DNA of 64,000 nucleotides. Source: an uncultured Gemmatimonadaceae bacterium. Lineage in GTDB: Bacteria; Gemmatimonadota; Gemmatimonadetes; Gemmatimonadales; Gemmatimonadaceae. The stretch spans positions 896,001-960,000 of the forward strand of contig CAWFQK010000002.1 in the NCBI GenBank assembly GCA_963817955.1, in the 5' to 3' direction. The translations under genes and the position numbers were made by a program. The notes beneath the pieces were generated by a model that had not been told where the DNA came from, did no database searches, and saw nothing but the letters and a program-made list of their open reading frames with translations. Positions 47,565 to 59,188 of this stretch are shown one piece after another. How positions within the stretch are numbered: position 1 is the first letter of the stretch; each line of letters opens with the position of its first letter.

Positions 47565-48118
47565 CTAGAGTTCCTCGCCAGGATGCTCGTGGCTGCTCGT
47601 GGGGTCGGTGGAGAGCTTCCGGATGAAGCCCGGATATTTGTCCTTCTCCTTGGCCCATTTCGCCGTGACCGCACGGCGTTTGAGCACACTGAGATAGTCA
47701 ATGAACAGCTTGCCATCGAGATGGTCGATCTCGTGCTGCAGACAGCGCGCGAACAATTCGTCGGCCTCCACCTCGAATAGTTCGCCGTCCACGTTGGTGG
47801 CGCGCACGCGGACCTTGGCCGGACGCTCGACGTCGCCGTAGATGTCTGGAATGGACAGACACCCTTCCTCGCCCTTGGCCTTTCCCTCGCGGTAGAGCAC
47901 CTCGGGGTTGATGATCACGAGCGGGTTGTCGTTCACGTCGACCACGGCCATGCGCTCGGTCCGGCCGACCTGCGGCGCGGCGAGGCCGATTCCCTTGGCG
48001 AGATACATCGTCTCGAACAGGTCCCTGGCCAACCGGCGGAGGTCGTCGGTCACCTGCGCGACGGCCGTCGTCTCCTGTCGAAGGATTGGGTCGCCGAGGA
48101 CCCGGATGTCCAGAATGC

Positions 48119-48122
<4 letters not shown>
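47565..48122 (-). CDS. def: Peptide deformylase
   Basis: GIGLAAPQVG, EGCLS, QHEIDHLDG. Confidence 0.97.
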
Positions 48123-49719
<1,597 letters not shown>

Positions 49720-49732
49720 TGAGTCGTCAGGC

Positions 49733-50767
49733 CTAGAGAATCGCCATCGCGTCGCCATAGGAGTAGAACCGGTACCCCTCCGTTACGGCGGTGCGATAGG
49801 CGTGCATGGTCAAGTCGTATCCGGCAAATGCCGCGACCAGCATGATCAGGGTCGATCGCGGCAAATGGAAGTTCGTGACGATGTGATCCACTGCGCGGAA
49901 GCGATACGGCGGTCGGAGAAAAATGCGAGTCTCGCCCTCTCCCGCGCGAATCACACCGTCGTCGTCCGCCGTCGTTTCGAGGGTGCGGACACTGGTCGTG
50001 CCCACTGCCCAGACCTTTCCGCCAGCGGAGCGCCGCTCATTGATCACGCGTGCCGTATCCGGAGCGACTGAGTACCACTCCTCGTGCATCACGTGCTGCG
50101 ACGGATCATCCACCTCGACAGGCTTGAACGTGCCAGCCCCCACGTGCAGCAGCACCTCAGCGCGGGCCACACCTTTCGCCTGTAGCCGAGCGAGGAGGTC
50201 CGGCGTGAAATGCAGACCTGCGGTCGGCGCCGCGACAGACCCCGCTTCGCGCGCGAACACGGTCTGATATCGCTCGGCATCGGATGGCGCGTCAGGACGC
50301 TCGATGTAGGGCGGCAGCGGAATATGCCCATATCGCTCGATGGCTTCGTCCAGGGGTATATCGCTCTCGAGTGCGACGATGCGCGTCCGCCGTTCGGTGA
50401 TGGCGAGGATCTCTGCGCCAAAATTCGGCGCGATGTCCACGCGACGACCGGGCTTCAGCTTGCCGCCAGGCGACACCATCGCTTCGTACCGTCCGTTGCC
50501 GAGGGCTTTGAGCAGCAGCAGTTCGGCCGGGGCACCAGACGCACGAGTTCCGAGCAGGCGGGCACGCATGACGCGCGTGCGGTTCACGACGACGACGTCG
50601 GCCGGCTCGATCAGATCGATGATATCGGCGAACCCACGATGCTCGATCGCGCCCGTGTCCCGATGGACGACCATGATCCGAGAAGCGTCGCGGCGCTCGA
50701 GCGGACGTTGGGCGATCTGCGATTCAGGAAGCTCGAATTCGTACTGCGAGGTGCGGTCGCCGTTCAC
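49733..50767 (-). CDS. queA: SAM:tRNA ribosyltransferase-isomerase
   Basis: FELPESQIAQRP, PLPPYI, GSVAAPTAGLHF, LHVGAGTF, YRFYSYGDAM. Confidence 0.97.
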   Translation of the reverse strand: MNGDRTSQYEFELPESQIAQRPLERRDASRIMVVHRDTGAIEHRGFADIIDLIEPADVVVVNRTRVMRARLLGTRASGAPAELLLLKALGNGRYEAMVSPGGKLKPGRRVDIAPNFGAEILAITERRTRIVALESDIPLDEAIERYGHIPLPPYIERPDAPSDAERYQTVFAREAGSVAAPTAGLHFTPDLLARLQAKGVARAEVLLHVGAGTFKPVEVDDPSQHVMHEEWYSVAPDTARVINERRSAGGKVWAVGTTSVRTLETTADDDGVIRAGEGETRIFLRPPYRFRAVDHIVTNFHLPRSTLIMLVAAFAGYDLTMHAYRTAVTEGYRFYSYGDAMAIL

Positions 50768-50804
50768 GAACGAAAGGTAGCGATGGGAGGGGGAGCAACG
50801 GTCG

Positions 50805-51830
50805 CTAAAACAACGTTTCCTGTTCCGCTGGCGTGCGCGGCGTGAATCCGAAGTGCCTGTACGCCTGCGGCGTTGCCATGCGGCCGCGCGGTGTGCGCTG
50901 CAGGAAACCGTGCTGGACAAGGAACGGCTCGTAGACCTCTTCGATGGTGTTCGCGTCTTCACCGATCGCGGCGCCAATCGTGCTCAGACCCACGGGGCCG
51001 CCGTCGAATTTCTCAATGATGGTCTTGATGATGCGCGCGTCCATGTCGTCGAGACCAAAGGTGTCGACGTCGAGCATCGCCAACGCCTGGTCGGCCACGT
51101 CGCGTGTGATGACGCCGTCACCCTTCACCTGCGCGAAGTCGCGCACGCGCCTCAGCAGACGGTTGGCGACGCGCGGCGTGCCACGCGCGCGACGCGCGAT
51201 CTCACTGGCACCATCGCGGTCCACCTCCACTTTCATGACTTCGGCCGTGCGGCGAACGATGAGCTCGAGATCCTCGGCTGGGTAGAAATTCAACCGCTGC
51301 TCAATGCCAAAACGTGCACGCATTGGTGCGGTGAGCATGCCCAGGCGAGTCGTGGCGCCGATGAGCGTGAACGGCTCGATTGGCATGGTGATGGTGTGCG
51401 CCTTGGGGCCGTCGGACAAACGAATCTCGATCTTGTAGTCCTCCATGGCCGGATAGAGGAACTCTTCAATGATGGGACGCAGCCGATGGATCTCGTCGAT
51501 GAAAAGAATGTCGCCGCGGCGCATGTTGGTGAGCGTCCCGACCAGGTCGCCAGGCTTTTCGAGGGCCGGGCCGGAACTCGTATGGATGTTCACGCCGAAC
51601 TCCCGCGCGATCAACTCGGCAAGCGTCGTCTTCCCGAGGCCGGGCGGCCCGAAGAACAGGGTGTGGTCGAGCGGCTCGCGACGCGCCATCGCGGCATCTA
51701 TGTAGATGCGTAGGCTGTCCTTCACCTTTTGCTGGCCGATGAACTCGGCCAGCCGTTGCGGGCGAAGGGACAATTCGACGACGGACTCGTCGCCGAGCAC
51801 TTCGGGTGTCGTGATCTCGGCTCGCGACAT
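50805..51830 (-). CDS. ruvB: Holliday junction branch migration helicase RuvB
   Basis: [47 protein letters not shown]. Confidence 0.98.
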   Translation of the reverse strand: MSRAEITTPEVLGDESVVELSLRPQRLAEFIGQQKVKDSLRIYIDAAMARREPLDHTLFFGPPGLGKTTLAELIAREFGVNIHTSSGPALEKPGDLVGTLTNMRRGDILFIDEIHRLRPIIEEFLYPAMEDYKIEIRLSDGPKAHTITMPIEPFTLIGATTRLGMLTAPMRARFGIEQRLNFYPAEDLELIVRRTAEVMKVEVDRDGASEIARRARGTPRVANRLLRRVRDFAQVKGDGVITRDVADQALAMLDVDTFGLDDMDARIIKTIIEKFDGGPVGLSTIGAAIGEDANTIEEVYEPFLVQHGFLQRTPRGRMATPQAYRHFGFTPRTPAEQETLF

Positions 51831-52042
51831 TGCTACACGCTACTCGGCGGGGATGGTTCAGCCAAACGCCACGATAGGTGACATTGAAATATACCCCGAA
51901 TAGACGCCGAACGACAATATGAAACGAGTTCGCAATTATCGTTGAGTATGCGTGCGCCGATACTTATGATGATCTCGCTGCTTGTCGTAGCAAGTCCCCC
52001 CTGACAAGCGCATCCACCGCCCTTCCACCAATGATGGTATTC

Positions 52043-53089
52043 ATGCAACACATTCCCGCCAGGCTCAGCTTGGCAGCGCTTGCGTTGCTTGCCGCGTGCG
52101 ACGTTCCGACCGGCCTGCCGATTTATGATACGGTCTGGAACGTTCCCGGCAAGAACACGAGCATCTCAGTGAACAGTTTCCTGCCGAGCGGCGTCACCGT
52201 CGCAGCGAACAACACGGCCTTCCAGGTCACCGCGTCGCCAGCCACGAGCACCATTACCCGCCAGCTCGGCCAGGACTGCGCGGCGTGCACGGTGGCCAAC
52301 GGCCAGACGACTCCGAAGCCGGCGTTCAGTGGTGGTGGCACGGCAAGCGTAACGTTGCCGAGCAACGTCGCAAGTGCGGTGCTCGTGAATGACACACTGA
52401 CGGTTACGATCACCAACAGCTTCAACTTCGATCCCATCAAGCCCAGCGCCGGGGCGCGCGGCTACTTCACGATCAGCGTCAAGAGTGGGGCGACGACGAT
52501 CGGACGCGATTCCCTCGATGGGGCGACGTCCTCGATGCCGGCGGGTGGCATTGTCACGCGCAAGATCGCGCTGAGCGGCATAGTAAGCGGAACAAGCGGT
52601 TTGCAGATTGCGACGAACCTCAATTCGCCACTCGGTGATCCCGTGGTGATCGACGTCTCGCGCGCGATCAGCGTGTCTGGCAGCACGGGCGTGCTGCTCA
52701 TCGCGAGCGCGCAAGTGAATCTGTCGGGTCAAAGCGTTGTCTCGTCTGGCACGGATCTCGACCTGAGCAGCATCGGCGAGTCGGTGTCGAAACATGCCGA
52801 CGGTGGCTCACTGCTGTTGACCGTCGTGAACCCGTTCACCGCCACCGGGAACCTCTCCGTGACCTTCACCGGCGGCCCCTCGCCGATCGTGAAGTCCGTC
52901 GCGCTCGGAGCCGGCACGACCACGCCGTCTATCACCTTCACCCAGACGGAGCTGGGTGGGCTGTTCGGTCATGACCTCGCCGTCTCGTTCAATGGAACGG
53001 TGGCCGGCAGCGGCGTCACCGTGCAACCTGGTCAGGTGGTTTCCGTGTCCTCACGCTTGCAGGTCAACATCAGCACGAAGAGCGAATGA
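52043..53089 (+). CDS. Beta-rich lipoprotein, unknown function
   Basis: Lipobox LLAAC; Ser/Thr/Val-rich; coupled to downstream barrel gene. Confidence 0.75.
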   Translation: MQHIPARLSLAALALLAACDVPTGLPIYDTVWNVPGKNTSISVNSFLPSGVTVAANNTAFQVTASPATSTITRQLGQDCAACTVANGQTTPKPAFSGGGTASVTLPSNVASAVLVNDTLTVTITNSFNFDPIKPSAGARGYFTISVKSGATTIGRDSLDGATSSMPAGGIVTRKIALSGIVSGTSGLQIATNLNSPLGDPVVIDVSRAISVSGSTGVLLIASAQVNLSGQSVVSSGTDLDLSSIGESVSKHADGGSLLLTVVNPFTATGNLSVTFTGGPSPIVKSVALGAGTTTPSITFTQTELGGLFGHDLAVSFNGTVAGSGVTVQPGQVVSVSSRLQVNISTKSE

Positions 53090-54372
53090 TCATGCGCACA
53101 CATTCTGTTATCCGCGCGCTTGGCGCGCGTGCCGCGTTCGCGCTCCTCGTGGTCTCCGGCATTGCCGCGGCCCAACAGCCGAACGCCAGTCCAGCCGCGA
53201 CGGGCCTCAGCGGCGCGTACACGGCGCTCGCTCGCGGCTACGATGCGGTGGCGTGGAACCCGGCAAATCTCGGCATGCCGGGCAATCCCGGTTTCTCGAT
53301 CAGCATCGCCGCGCTGACTGGCTCGTCGGGCCTCGACCCCATTTCGCTGAGCGATTTTGCGCCGTATTCCGGCAAGGTGCTCCCGAACGCGCAGCGTGAG
53401 CAGTGGCTGCAGACGGTTACGACGGCCGGTGGTGAGACCGGCCGCTTCTCCGGTGGCCTCACGGGCCTCGCGCTGAGCGCAGGACCGATCGCATTGCAGG
53501 TCAGCACGTCGGTGACCGGTTCATCGACGATGGATGCCGACGGTTTCCAGGCGATCATGTTCGGAAACGCAGGCCGCACTGGCCAACCCCAGACGCTCAA
53601 CCTGCAGGGCTCGAACTTGAACGTCAGCGGGTTCACGACCGCTGCACTGAGCTACGGCCTGTCGCTGGGTGATGCGAAGTCGGGCAACCACTTCGCGCTC
53701 GGCGCTACAGCCAAGTATATCGTAGGCAACTTCATGTTGAAGGCGCAGGATCAGGGCTCCACGGCGACGACTGACGCGTTGACCGTGAATTTCCCGACCA
53801 TCTACTCCCGTCCCGACTCCGCCCTCAATGTCGGTGCCGGTGCCGGACTCGACCTTGGCATGGCGTGGTCGCAAGACAAGTTGAGTTTCGGCGCCACGGT
53901 GCAGAACGTCTTCAACACCTTCGCCTGGGACGCGACCAAATTACGGGCGAAACAGGGTGCGGCGCTGTTCACTAATGGCTCGAACACGAGCAACTTCGAC
54001 GATGTGGCCTACACGTCGATGCCAGCGGCGCTTCGCGCCCAGGTGACAGCCGACAAGTTCAAGCCAGTCGTCGGTGCGGGTATCGCCTATTCGGGCTTGC
54101 CAGCGATGACGGTTTCGGTAGATGCGCGGCAACAACTGGGTGACGGCATCAGTTTCGGTCCAAAGAGCGTGCTTGCCGGCGGAGTGGAGTTCCGCGGCAT
54201 ACCGCTGCTTCGCCTGCGCGGCGGCGCGGCGTACGTCACCGGCGGGTGGGGCGTCTCGGGCGGTGTGGGCCTGGCGCTCGGGGGTTATGAGCTGGGTGTC
54301 GGCGCTGCACTGCGGCAGATCGATGGGGGTAAGGAGCCGGCAGTCACGATCAACGTTCTTTCAATTCGTTAA
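53086..54372 (+). CDS. Outer-membrane barrel protein (DUF5723/TraF/FadL-like)
   Basis: Signal peptide; GAYTALARGYDAVAWNPANLG; LDLGM; LRLRGG. Confidence 0.7.
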   Translation: MIMRTHSVIRALGARAAFALLVVSGIAAAQQPNASPAATGLSGAYTALARGYDAVAWNPANLGMPGNPGFSISIAALTGSSGLDPISLSDFAPYSGKVLPNAQREQWLQTVTTAGGETGRFSGGLTGLALSAGPIALQVSTSVTGSSTMDADGFQAIMFGNAGRTGQPQTLNLQGSNLNVSGFTTAALSYGLSLGDAKSGNHFALGATAKYIVGNFMLKAQDQGSTATTDALTVNFPTIYSRPDSALNVGAGAGLDLGMAWSQDKLSFGATVQNVFNTFAWDATKLRAKQGAALFTNGSNTSNFDDVAYTSMPAALRAQVTADKFKPVVGAGIAYSGLPAMTVSVDARQQLGDGISFGPKSVLAGGVEFRGIPLLRLRGGAAYVTGGWGVSGGVGLALGGYELGVGAALRQIDGGKEPAVTINVLSIR

Positions 54373-54392
54373 TACAACTGCGGTAACTGCGG

Positions 54393-54431
54393 CAAAGGGG
54401 GACAGTCGAGGATTCCGACTGTCCCCCTTTG
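54393..54431. terminator. Hairpin, probable intrinsic terminator
   Basis: caaagggggacagtcg...cgactgtccccctttg, between convergent genes. Confidence 0.75.
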
Positions 54432-54469
54432 TCGCGATGGTCTCGAGGGCGGCCTGGCAAATGAGGGGC

Positions 54470-54487
54470 TTCGCTCAGGATGACAGG
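54470..54487 (-). repeat. Single REP-like unit
   Basis: ttcgctcaggatgacagg, same family as 35212-35258. Confidence 0.65.
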
Positions 54488-54496
54488 TATCACGAT

Positions 54497-54534
54497 AATG
54501 AAAGGCTCCCGGCATTCGCCGGGAGCCTTTCATT
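54497..54534. terminator. Bidirectional-type intrinsic terminator
   Basis: aatgaaaggctcccggc-attc-gccgggagcctttcatt, just downstream of the cytochrome c stop. Confidence 0.8.
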
Positions 54535-54553
54535 TCTTACTGCCTGCAGGCTA

Positions 54554-54892
54554 CTACGGCTTTGGCTTCGACAGATCGCGGACGTAGTTCGCGACTTCGA
54601 GCATCTGATCTTTGTTGAGCTTGTCCTTGAACGAGACCATGTCGGCGTTCTTTCCCTTCGTGAGGATCTTCACGATGGAGTCTGCCGAATGCTGCGTGAC
54701 AAACGCAGCGTCGAAGCTCACGATCTTCGGGAACTTCTCCTTCATCGTCTTTGGCGGGGTGCCGCGGACGCCGTGGCACTTCCGGCAATTCTCCTCGTAC
54801 AGCGTCTTCGCGTCCGGCGCTTGCGCCAACAGCTTGGAGGCAGGAACGAGTCCCGCCAACATCACGGCTGTAAAGACCACACGTGCGTTCAT
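54554..54892 (-). CDS. Monoheme cytochrome c
   Basis: Signal peptide; CRKCHG; distal Met MVSF. Confidence 0.92.
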   Translation of the reverse strand: MNARVVFTAVMLAGLVPASKLLAQAPDAKTLYEENCRKCHGVRGTPPKTMKEKFPKIVSFDAAFVTQHSADSIVKILTKGKNADMVSFKDKLNKDQMLEVANYVRDLSKPKP

Positions 54893-56379
54893 TTGTTCTC
54901 CTTGGGCTTGATCGGCTCCGGGAAGGTGTCCCGGTATTCAGGCTGCCGCGTCGCGCCGTTCGGGCCGCGGAGCGTCATAAGATAACGCGACAGCTCTTCG
55001 ATCTCCTGATGCGACAGCGTCGGCGGACCGAATGCCGGCATCTTGGAGTCGGCGTGGAAGCGAGCCGGATCCTCGAGGAAGCTATGCAGCCAGGCTCCCG
55101 AGTGTCTCAGGCCCACTTCCGTCAGTTCCGGCGCGGAGGGCGCGCCTTCCTTCTTCTCTTGCTTCTCACCGGCCAGCATGTGACAACTGCCACACTGCTG
55201 CCGCTTGAACAACGACCGTCCGGCCCGTTCAGTGGACGAGAGGATCTGCCCCGGGGCAGTGGCCGCCGGCGCGTCGCGGTTCGCGGCGCCGAGCAGCAGC
55301 GAAGCGCTGCCGAGTATGCCCACCAGCGCTACCGCAGCGATGGGCCGATGGCGGAGAGACCGTGTGCTCTTGCGATCCATGAACGGCAACACGAGCAACG
55401 CGAGCACCAAGGCGCCCGGGACTCCGACGGCGATCGCCGCTTCCGCCGATCCAGGCACCAGTTTCAGGAGCTGGAAGAACGGAAGGAAATACCACTCCGG
55501 ACGCGGTACGTAGCTCGTGTCCGTGGGATCGGCAGGTGCTTCAAGGCCGGCGCCGACATACTTCGCGAGCAGGAACAACGTGACCACCACGAGGGCGGCT
55601 ACCGCCAGGTCCTTCGTGATGATGTTGGGCCAGAAACGAACACCGGTCTTTTTCGAATTCTTGTTCGTTGTCTCGTAGAACCCGGCATATGCGGGATCGT
55701 CGGTCCGCCCCGGTGCGCCATCCTCGAGTGCCTTGGCGCGCGGCGCGATGCCCTGCCGGATAACGATGGCCAGATGGAGGAACACGACCGAAGCGAGCAT
55801 GGCTGGGAGCAGCAACACGTGGAGCGCGTAGAACCGCGACAGCGTCGCAGCGCCGAGTTGCGCGCCGCCCCGCAGCAGCTTGACCAACATGCCGCCGATC
55901 ACCGGTGTCGTGCCGGCGATGTTGGTACCGACCTGCGTTGCCCAGTAGGCCTTCTGATCCCACGGAAGCAGGTAGCCGGTGAACCCAAAGCCGAGCACGA
56001 GAAACAGCAGCCCGACACCGAGTAGCCAGTTGATCTCGCGTGGGTACTTGTAGGCGCCCATCGAGTACACCCGGATCATGTGCGCCAGGACCAGTACCAC
56101 CATTGCCGAGGCACCCCAGTGATGAAGGCCGCGCAGAAGCGCGCCACTCGTCACGCTGTGCTCGAGATACCGAATGCTGTCGTGCGCATGATCGGGGGAT
56201 GGCGAGTAGTACATCGCCAGGACCACGCCGGTGATGACCTGCACCATGAACACGGTGAGCGTCGCGCTCCCGAGCGTGTGCCACCAGGTAAGTCCACCGG
56301 GCATCTTACGGTCGAGCAGCGCGCGACGCACGCCAACGATGTCGACGCGCTCGTCGAGCCACTCCGAAATTTTCGCCAT
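54889..56379 (-). CDS. Cytochrome b (b6 + subunit IV-like) fused to C-terminal cytochrome c
   Basis: QVITG, RGLHHWGAS, GFTGYLLPWDQKAYWA, RFYALH, RPEWYF, CGSCH. Confidence 0.92.
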   Translation of the reverse strand: MAKISEWLDERVDIVGVRRALLDRKMPGGLTWWHTLGSATLTVFMVQVITGVVLAMYYSPSPDHAHDSIRYLEHSVTSGALLRGLHHWGASAMVVLVLAHMIRVYSMGAYKYPREINWLLGVGLLFLVLGFGFTGYLLPWDQKAYWATQVGTNIAGTTPVIGGMLVKLLRGGAQLGAATLSRFYALHVLLLPAMLASVVFLHLAIVIRQGIAPRAKALEDGAPGRTDDPAYAGFYETTNKNSKKTGVRFWPNIITKDLAVAALVVVTLFLLAKYVGAGLEAPADPTDTSYVPRPEWYFLPFFQLLKLVPGSAEAAIAVGVPGALVLALLVLPFMDRKSTRSLRHRPIAAVALVGILGSASLLLGAANRDAPAATAPGQILSSTERAGRSLFKRQQCGSCHMLAGEKQEKKEGAPSAPELTEVGLRHSGAWLHSFLEDPARFHADSKMPAFGPPTLSHQEIEELSRYLMTLRGPNGATRQPEYRDTFPEPIKPKENK

Positions 56380-56383
56380 GGGA

Positions 56384-56953
56384 TTAGGCCTCGACTCGCT
56401 CGGCAACGCCGAGGCGGAAGTCGCGGTACTTCACGAACACTGCACTGTCGCGAACCTGTACGGCGAGTTCATCGAGAGGGCGTGGCGGCGGACCCGAAAG
56501 CACCGCGCCCGTCTTGACGTCGAACTGCCCACGATGGCAAGGACAGGCGAAGGTCTTTGATCCCTTGTCGTACACGTAGCTGCATCCGAGATGGGTGCAG
56601 TGACCGTTGTATGCCTTGAACTTGTCGCCGTCTTCCGTAAACAGCCACACGGAACCGAGAGCGCGGCTTTCGACCCAAGCATCGTTCTGCGTCTGGGCGA
56701 AGTCCATTCGGATGGGCGTGCCGATGTCGAGAAGGGCCGTGTCATCGGCGACCTTGATCCAATTGTCGGCCGCAGGTTTTGCCGCGATCGGCGAAATGAG
56801 AGCCCGCACCGCGGGAATACCGACGGCACCGCCGATGATCGCGGCACAGGCTGCACTGATCCATTGTAGAAAACCGCGGCGTCCGAGGGCGACCGCTTCG
56901 TCGTCGACGACCGGTGCTGTTCGGTCCACCGGCGCCAAGGTTTCGGAGTCCAT
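56384..56953 (-). CDS. Rieske 2Fe-2S subunit (Tat-exported)
   Basis: GRRGFL; CTHLGC...CPCH; GPPPRPL. Confidence 0.95.
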   Translation of the reverse strand: MDSETLAPVDRTAPVVDDEAVALGRRGFLQWISAACAAIIGGAVGIPAVRALISPIAAKPAADNWIKVADDTALLDIGTPIRMDFAQTQNDAWVESRALGSVWLFTEDGDKFKAYNGHCTHLGCSYVYDKGSKTFACPCHRGQFDVKTGAVLSGPPPRPLDELAVQVRDSAVFVKYRDFRLGVAERVEA

Positions 56954-57134
56954 TATGCGTTATGGAAAGGTTGGGAGGGGCGTACGAGCAATCAGACACG
57001 CCAAGCTCGCGCGTGCGCGCGTCTAAACGACAAGCGCAAAAGCAATACTGGGTCCGTGTGGCGTGTCAGCGATCAACCCCTTACACGTTGCAGGGTTAAG
57101 CGCACTCTGCGTCCAGAGATCCCCGACGGCGCAT

Positions 57135-57191
57135 GGGGGATATGCCCCTGTCGTACCGCTAAACGGGCACGTAACGTGGGGCATATCCCCC
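57135..57191. promoter_or_regulatory. Paired 14-bp inverted sites, candidate enhancer (UAS) for the sigma54 activator
   Basis: GGGGGATATGCCCC (57135-57148) and its exact reverse complement GGGGCATATCCCCC (57178-57191) in the divergent intergenic region. Confidence 0.55.
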
Positions 57192-57258
57192 GGTCGATTT
57201 TCTCGCGCGTTTCGTCCAAAGCGTTATACACGTATGGGTTGAAGCACGCGGAGGCCTG

Positions 57259-57274
57259 GGGCGTCCAACTTGCT
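57259..57274 (+). promoter_or_regulatory. Possible sigma54 -24/-12 promoter
   Basis: GG-cgtccaactt-GCT with correct 10-nt spacing, ~50 bp before ATG 57323; -24 box imperfect. Confidence 0.35.
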
Positions 57275-57322
57275 CTTCTGTTGCGGCGATACCACACCGG
57301 ATCGCACAAGCGAGGAGCAGGC

Positions 57323-59188
57323 ATGTCACACTGGGACGCGGCCGTTAGCCGCGTGCACAGCTGGCGAGGTCCGATGCAGGGTCGTCTCAATCGACGGCTG
57401 TTGATGTGGTTTCTGATCTTTTCGATCGTCCCGCTAATCGGGACGAACGCGGTCGGCTATCGGCGAACGCACGCGATCATTCGCCAGCTTGTCGCACGTT
57501 CGCTCACATCGATCGCTGAAGTGCAGGCGCAGCATATTCGCGATCGGGTCGATCGTCACCTGTTGCTGTTGCAGTCCGTCGCTGCGGGTAATGACTTCCT
57601 CGTTGCTGGCGCGATGGAGGCGCAGGGATTGCCCAGCGGCGAGATGGGAAAAGTCGCGTCGCGTTCCGCGATGGAGTACCAACTCGAGCGCAAGCGCGAA
57701 GAGTTGCCCGCATTCACGGCGCTGTACGTCTACACGCCAGGGGGACGGGTACTCGCCGCCGCCGGCGCCGCCTCGGCAATCCGGATCCGCGTTCCCGACT
57801 CCGGCCAAGGACCATCGCTGAACGTGGGGTTCAGCCGCGAGGGTGGCGCGTCACAGCCAGAATTCGAGTTGGTCGCGCCCTTGATCGGTCATGGTGGTGC
57901 CGCCGTGGCATACGTGGGTGGAACGATCCGGCTCTCGGCGTTTCGGGATTTTCTCCAGCTTCCCGCGCGGATGCCCGGGCGCGTGCAGGCGTTCCTCGTG
58001 GACTCCATCGGCCGACCGCTGTTCGTCAGCGAAGAGTCCGCGCATATGAACTACGCGGCGCCGCTGCCGCACGCGCTCCTTCGGATGCCCGCCGATTCCG
58101 AATCCGTAGTGCAGTACGATGACAACGGGGTCGCGATGCTGGGCGCTGTCGCGGCAGTGCCCAACCACCCATGGCGGCTCGTGGTGCAGCAGCCGGCGGC
58201 CGAGGCTTTTGGCGAGTTGCGCGCCCTCGGCGGCCTGTCGCTGCTGCTCGAGCTGTTGTTCGGCATTCTGATCGTGGGCATGGCCTGGATCGTTGCCGCG
58301 GACATCGTGGCACCCGTCGGTCGCCTCGTCGACGCCACACGGAAGGTTGGCGCGGGGGATCTCAGCGTGCGCGTATCGGCGACGCAGGATGATGAAATCG
58401 GCGAGCTTGGACGCGCCTTTAACGAGATGACGGCGGACCTCGCCGAGACCACGGAACGAGTATCCGAGCTGCACCAGCGCGAAATCGAGCGCGCTTCGCA
58501 GCTGGCAACGGTCGGCGAGTTGGCGAGCGGGATCGCGCACGAGATCAAGAATCCCGTGGTGGGCGTATCGAACGGGCTCGATCTCGTTCGGCGGCGGGTC
58601 GGCAACGATCCCACGCTGAGTCCAATCACCGAAGAAATGGCCCGGCAGCTGGCACGGATCCAACTGGCCATGCAAGAGCTCCTGACCTTTGCCCGCCCGG
58701 CCACGCCGACACTCGTGCCGGTCAGTGTGCGCCGGCTGGTCGAGCGGGCGATCCGGCTCGTGCAACCTATGGCAGAGCGCGCTGGCGTAACGATCGACAT
58801 CGAAACGGATCGCGGCGTGCCGCGCTTCTTCGCCGACGAAGAAATGTTGCACCAGGCGCTCGTCAATGTCGTGATGAACGCCGTACAGGCCACGGCGTCC
58901 GGCGGCAGCGTCGTCGTGACCGCACGAGCCGCCGACGAACAGATTCACATCAGTGTCGCCGACACCGGGCGCGGAATCGCGCCCGAGAATGTCGAGGCGG
59001 TGTTCAAGCCGTTCTTCACGACACGGCATACAGGCACCGGCCTGGGCCTGTCGATTACTCGGGAAATCGCGCAGCGCCATGGGGGCACGGTCACGCTGAA
59101 GACGCGTGTCAACGTCGGCACCACGGTGACGATGCACCTTCCGGCTGCCAGCGCGCCCGAAGCGGTCGAGGAGGCCGTCGCCGTATGA
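57323..59188 (+). CDS. Membrane sensor histidine kinase (Cache-like, HAMP, HisKA, HATPase)
   Basis: RBS gaggag; 2 TM; DEIGELGRAFNEM; IAHEIKNP; NAVQA; DTGRGI; GTGLGL. Confidence 0.93.
   Translation: MSHWDAAVSRVHSWRGPMQGRLNRRLLMWFLIFSIVPLIGTNAVGYRRTHAIIRQLVARSLTSIAEVQAQHIRDRVDRHLLLLQSVAAGNDFLVAGAMEAQGLPSGEMGKVASRSAMEYQLERKREELPAFTALYVYTPGGRVLAAAGAASAIRIRVPDSGQGPSLNVGFSREGGASQPEFELVAPLIGHGGAAVAYVGGTIRLSAFRDFLQLPARMPGRVQAFLVDSIGRPLFVSEESAHMNYAAPLPHALLRMPADSESVVQYDDNGVAMLGAVAAVPNHPWRLVVQQPAAEAFGELRALGGLSLLLELLFGILIVGMAWIVAADIVAPVGRLVDATRKVGAGDLSVRVSATQDDEIGELGRAFNEMTADLAETTERVSELHQREIERASQLATVGELASGIAHEIKNPVVGVSNGLDLVRRRVGNDPTLSPITEEMARQLARIQLAMQELLTFARPATPTLVPVSVRRLVERAIRLVQPMAERAGVTIDIETDRGVPRFFADEEMLHQALVNVVMNAVQATASGGSVVVTARAADEQIHISVADTGRGIAPENVEAVFKPFFTTRHTGTGLGLSITREIAQRHGGTVTLKTRVNVGTTVTMHLPAASAPEAVEEAVAV

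Noticed and set aside
56987..57004. Sigma54-like TTGGCGTGTCTGATTGCT upstream of the Rieske gene
   Set aside because: GG-to-GC spacing is 11 nt rather than the required 10; worth rechecking only if reads show an indel.
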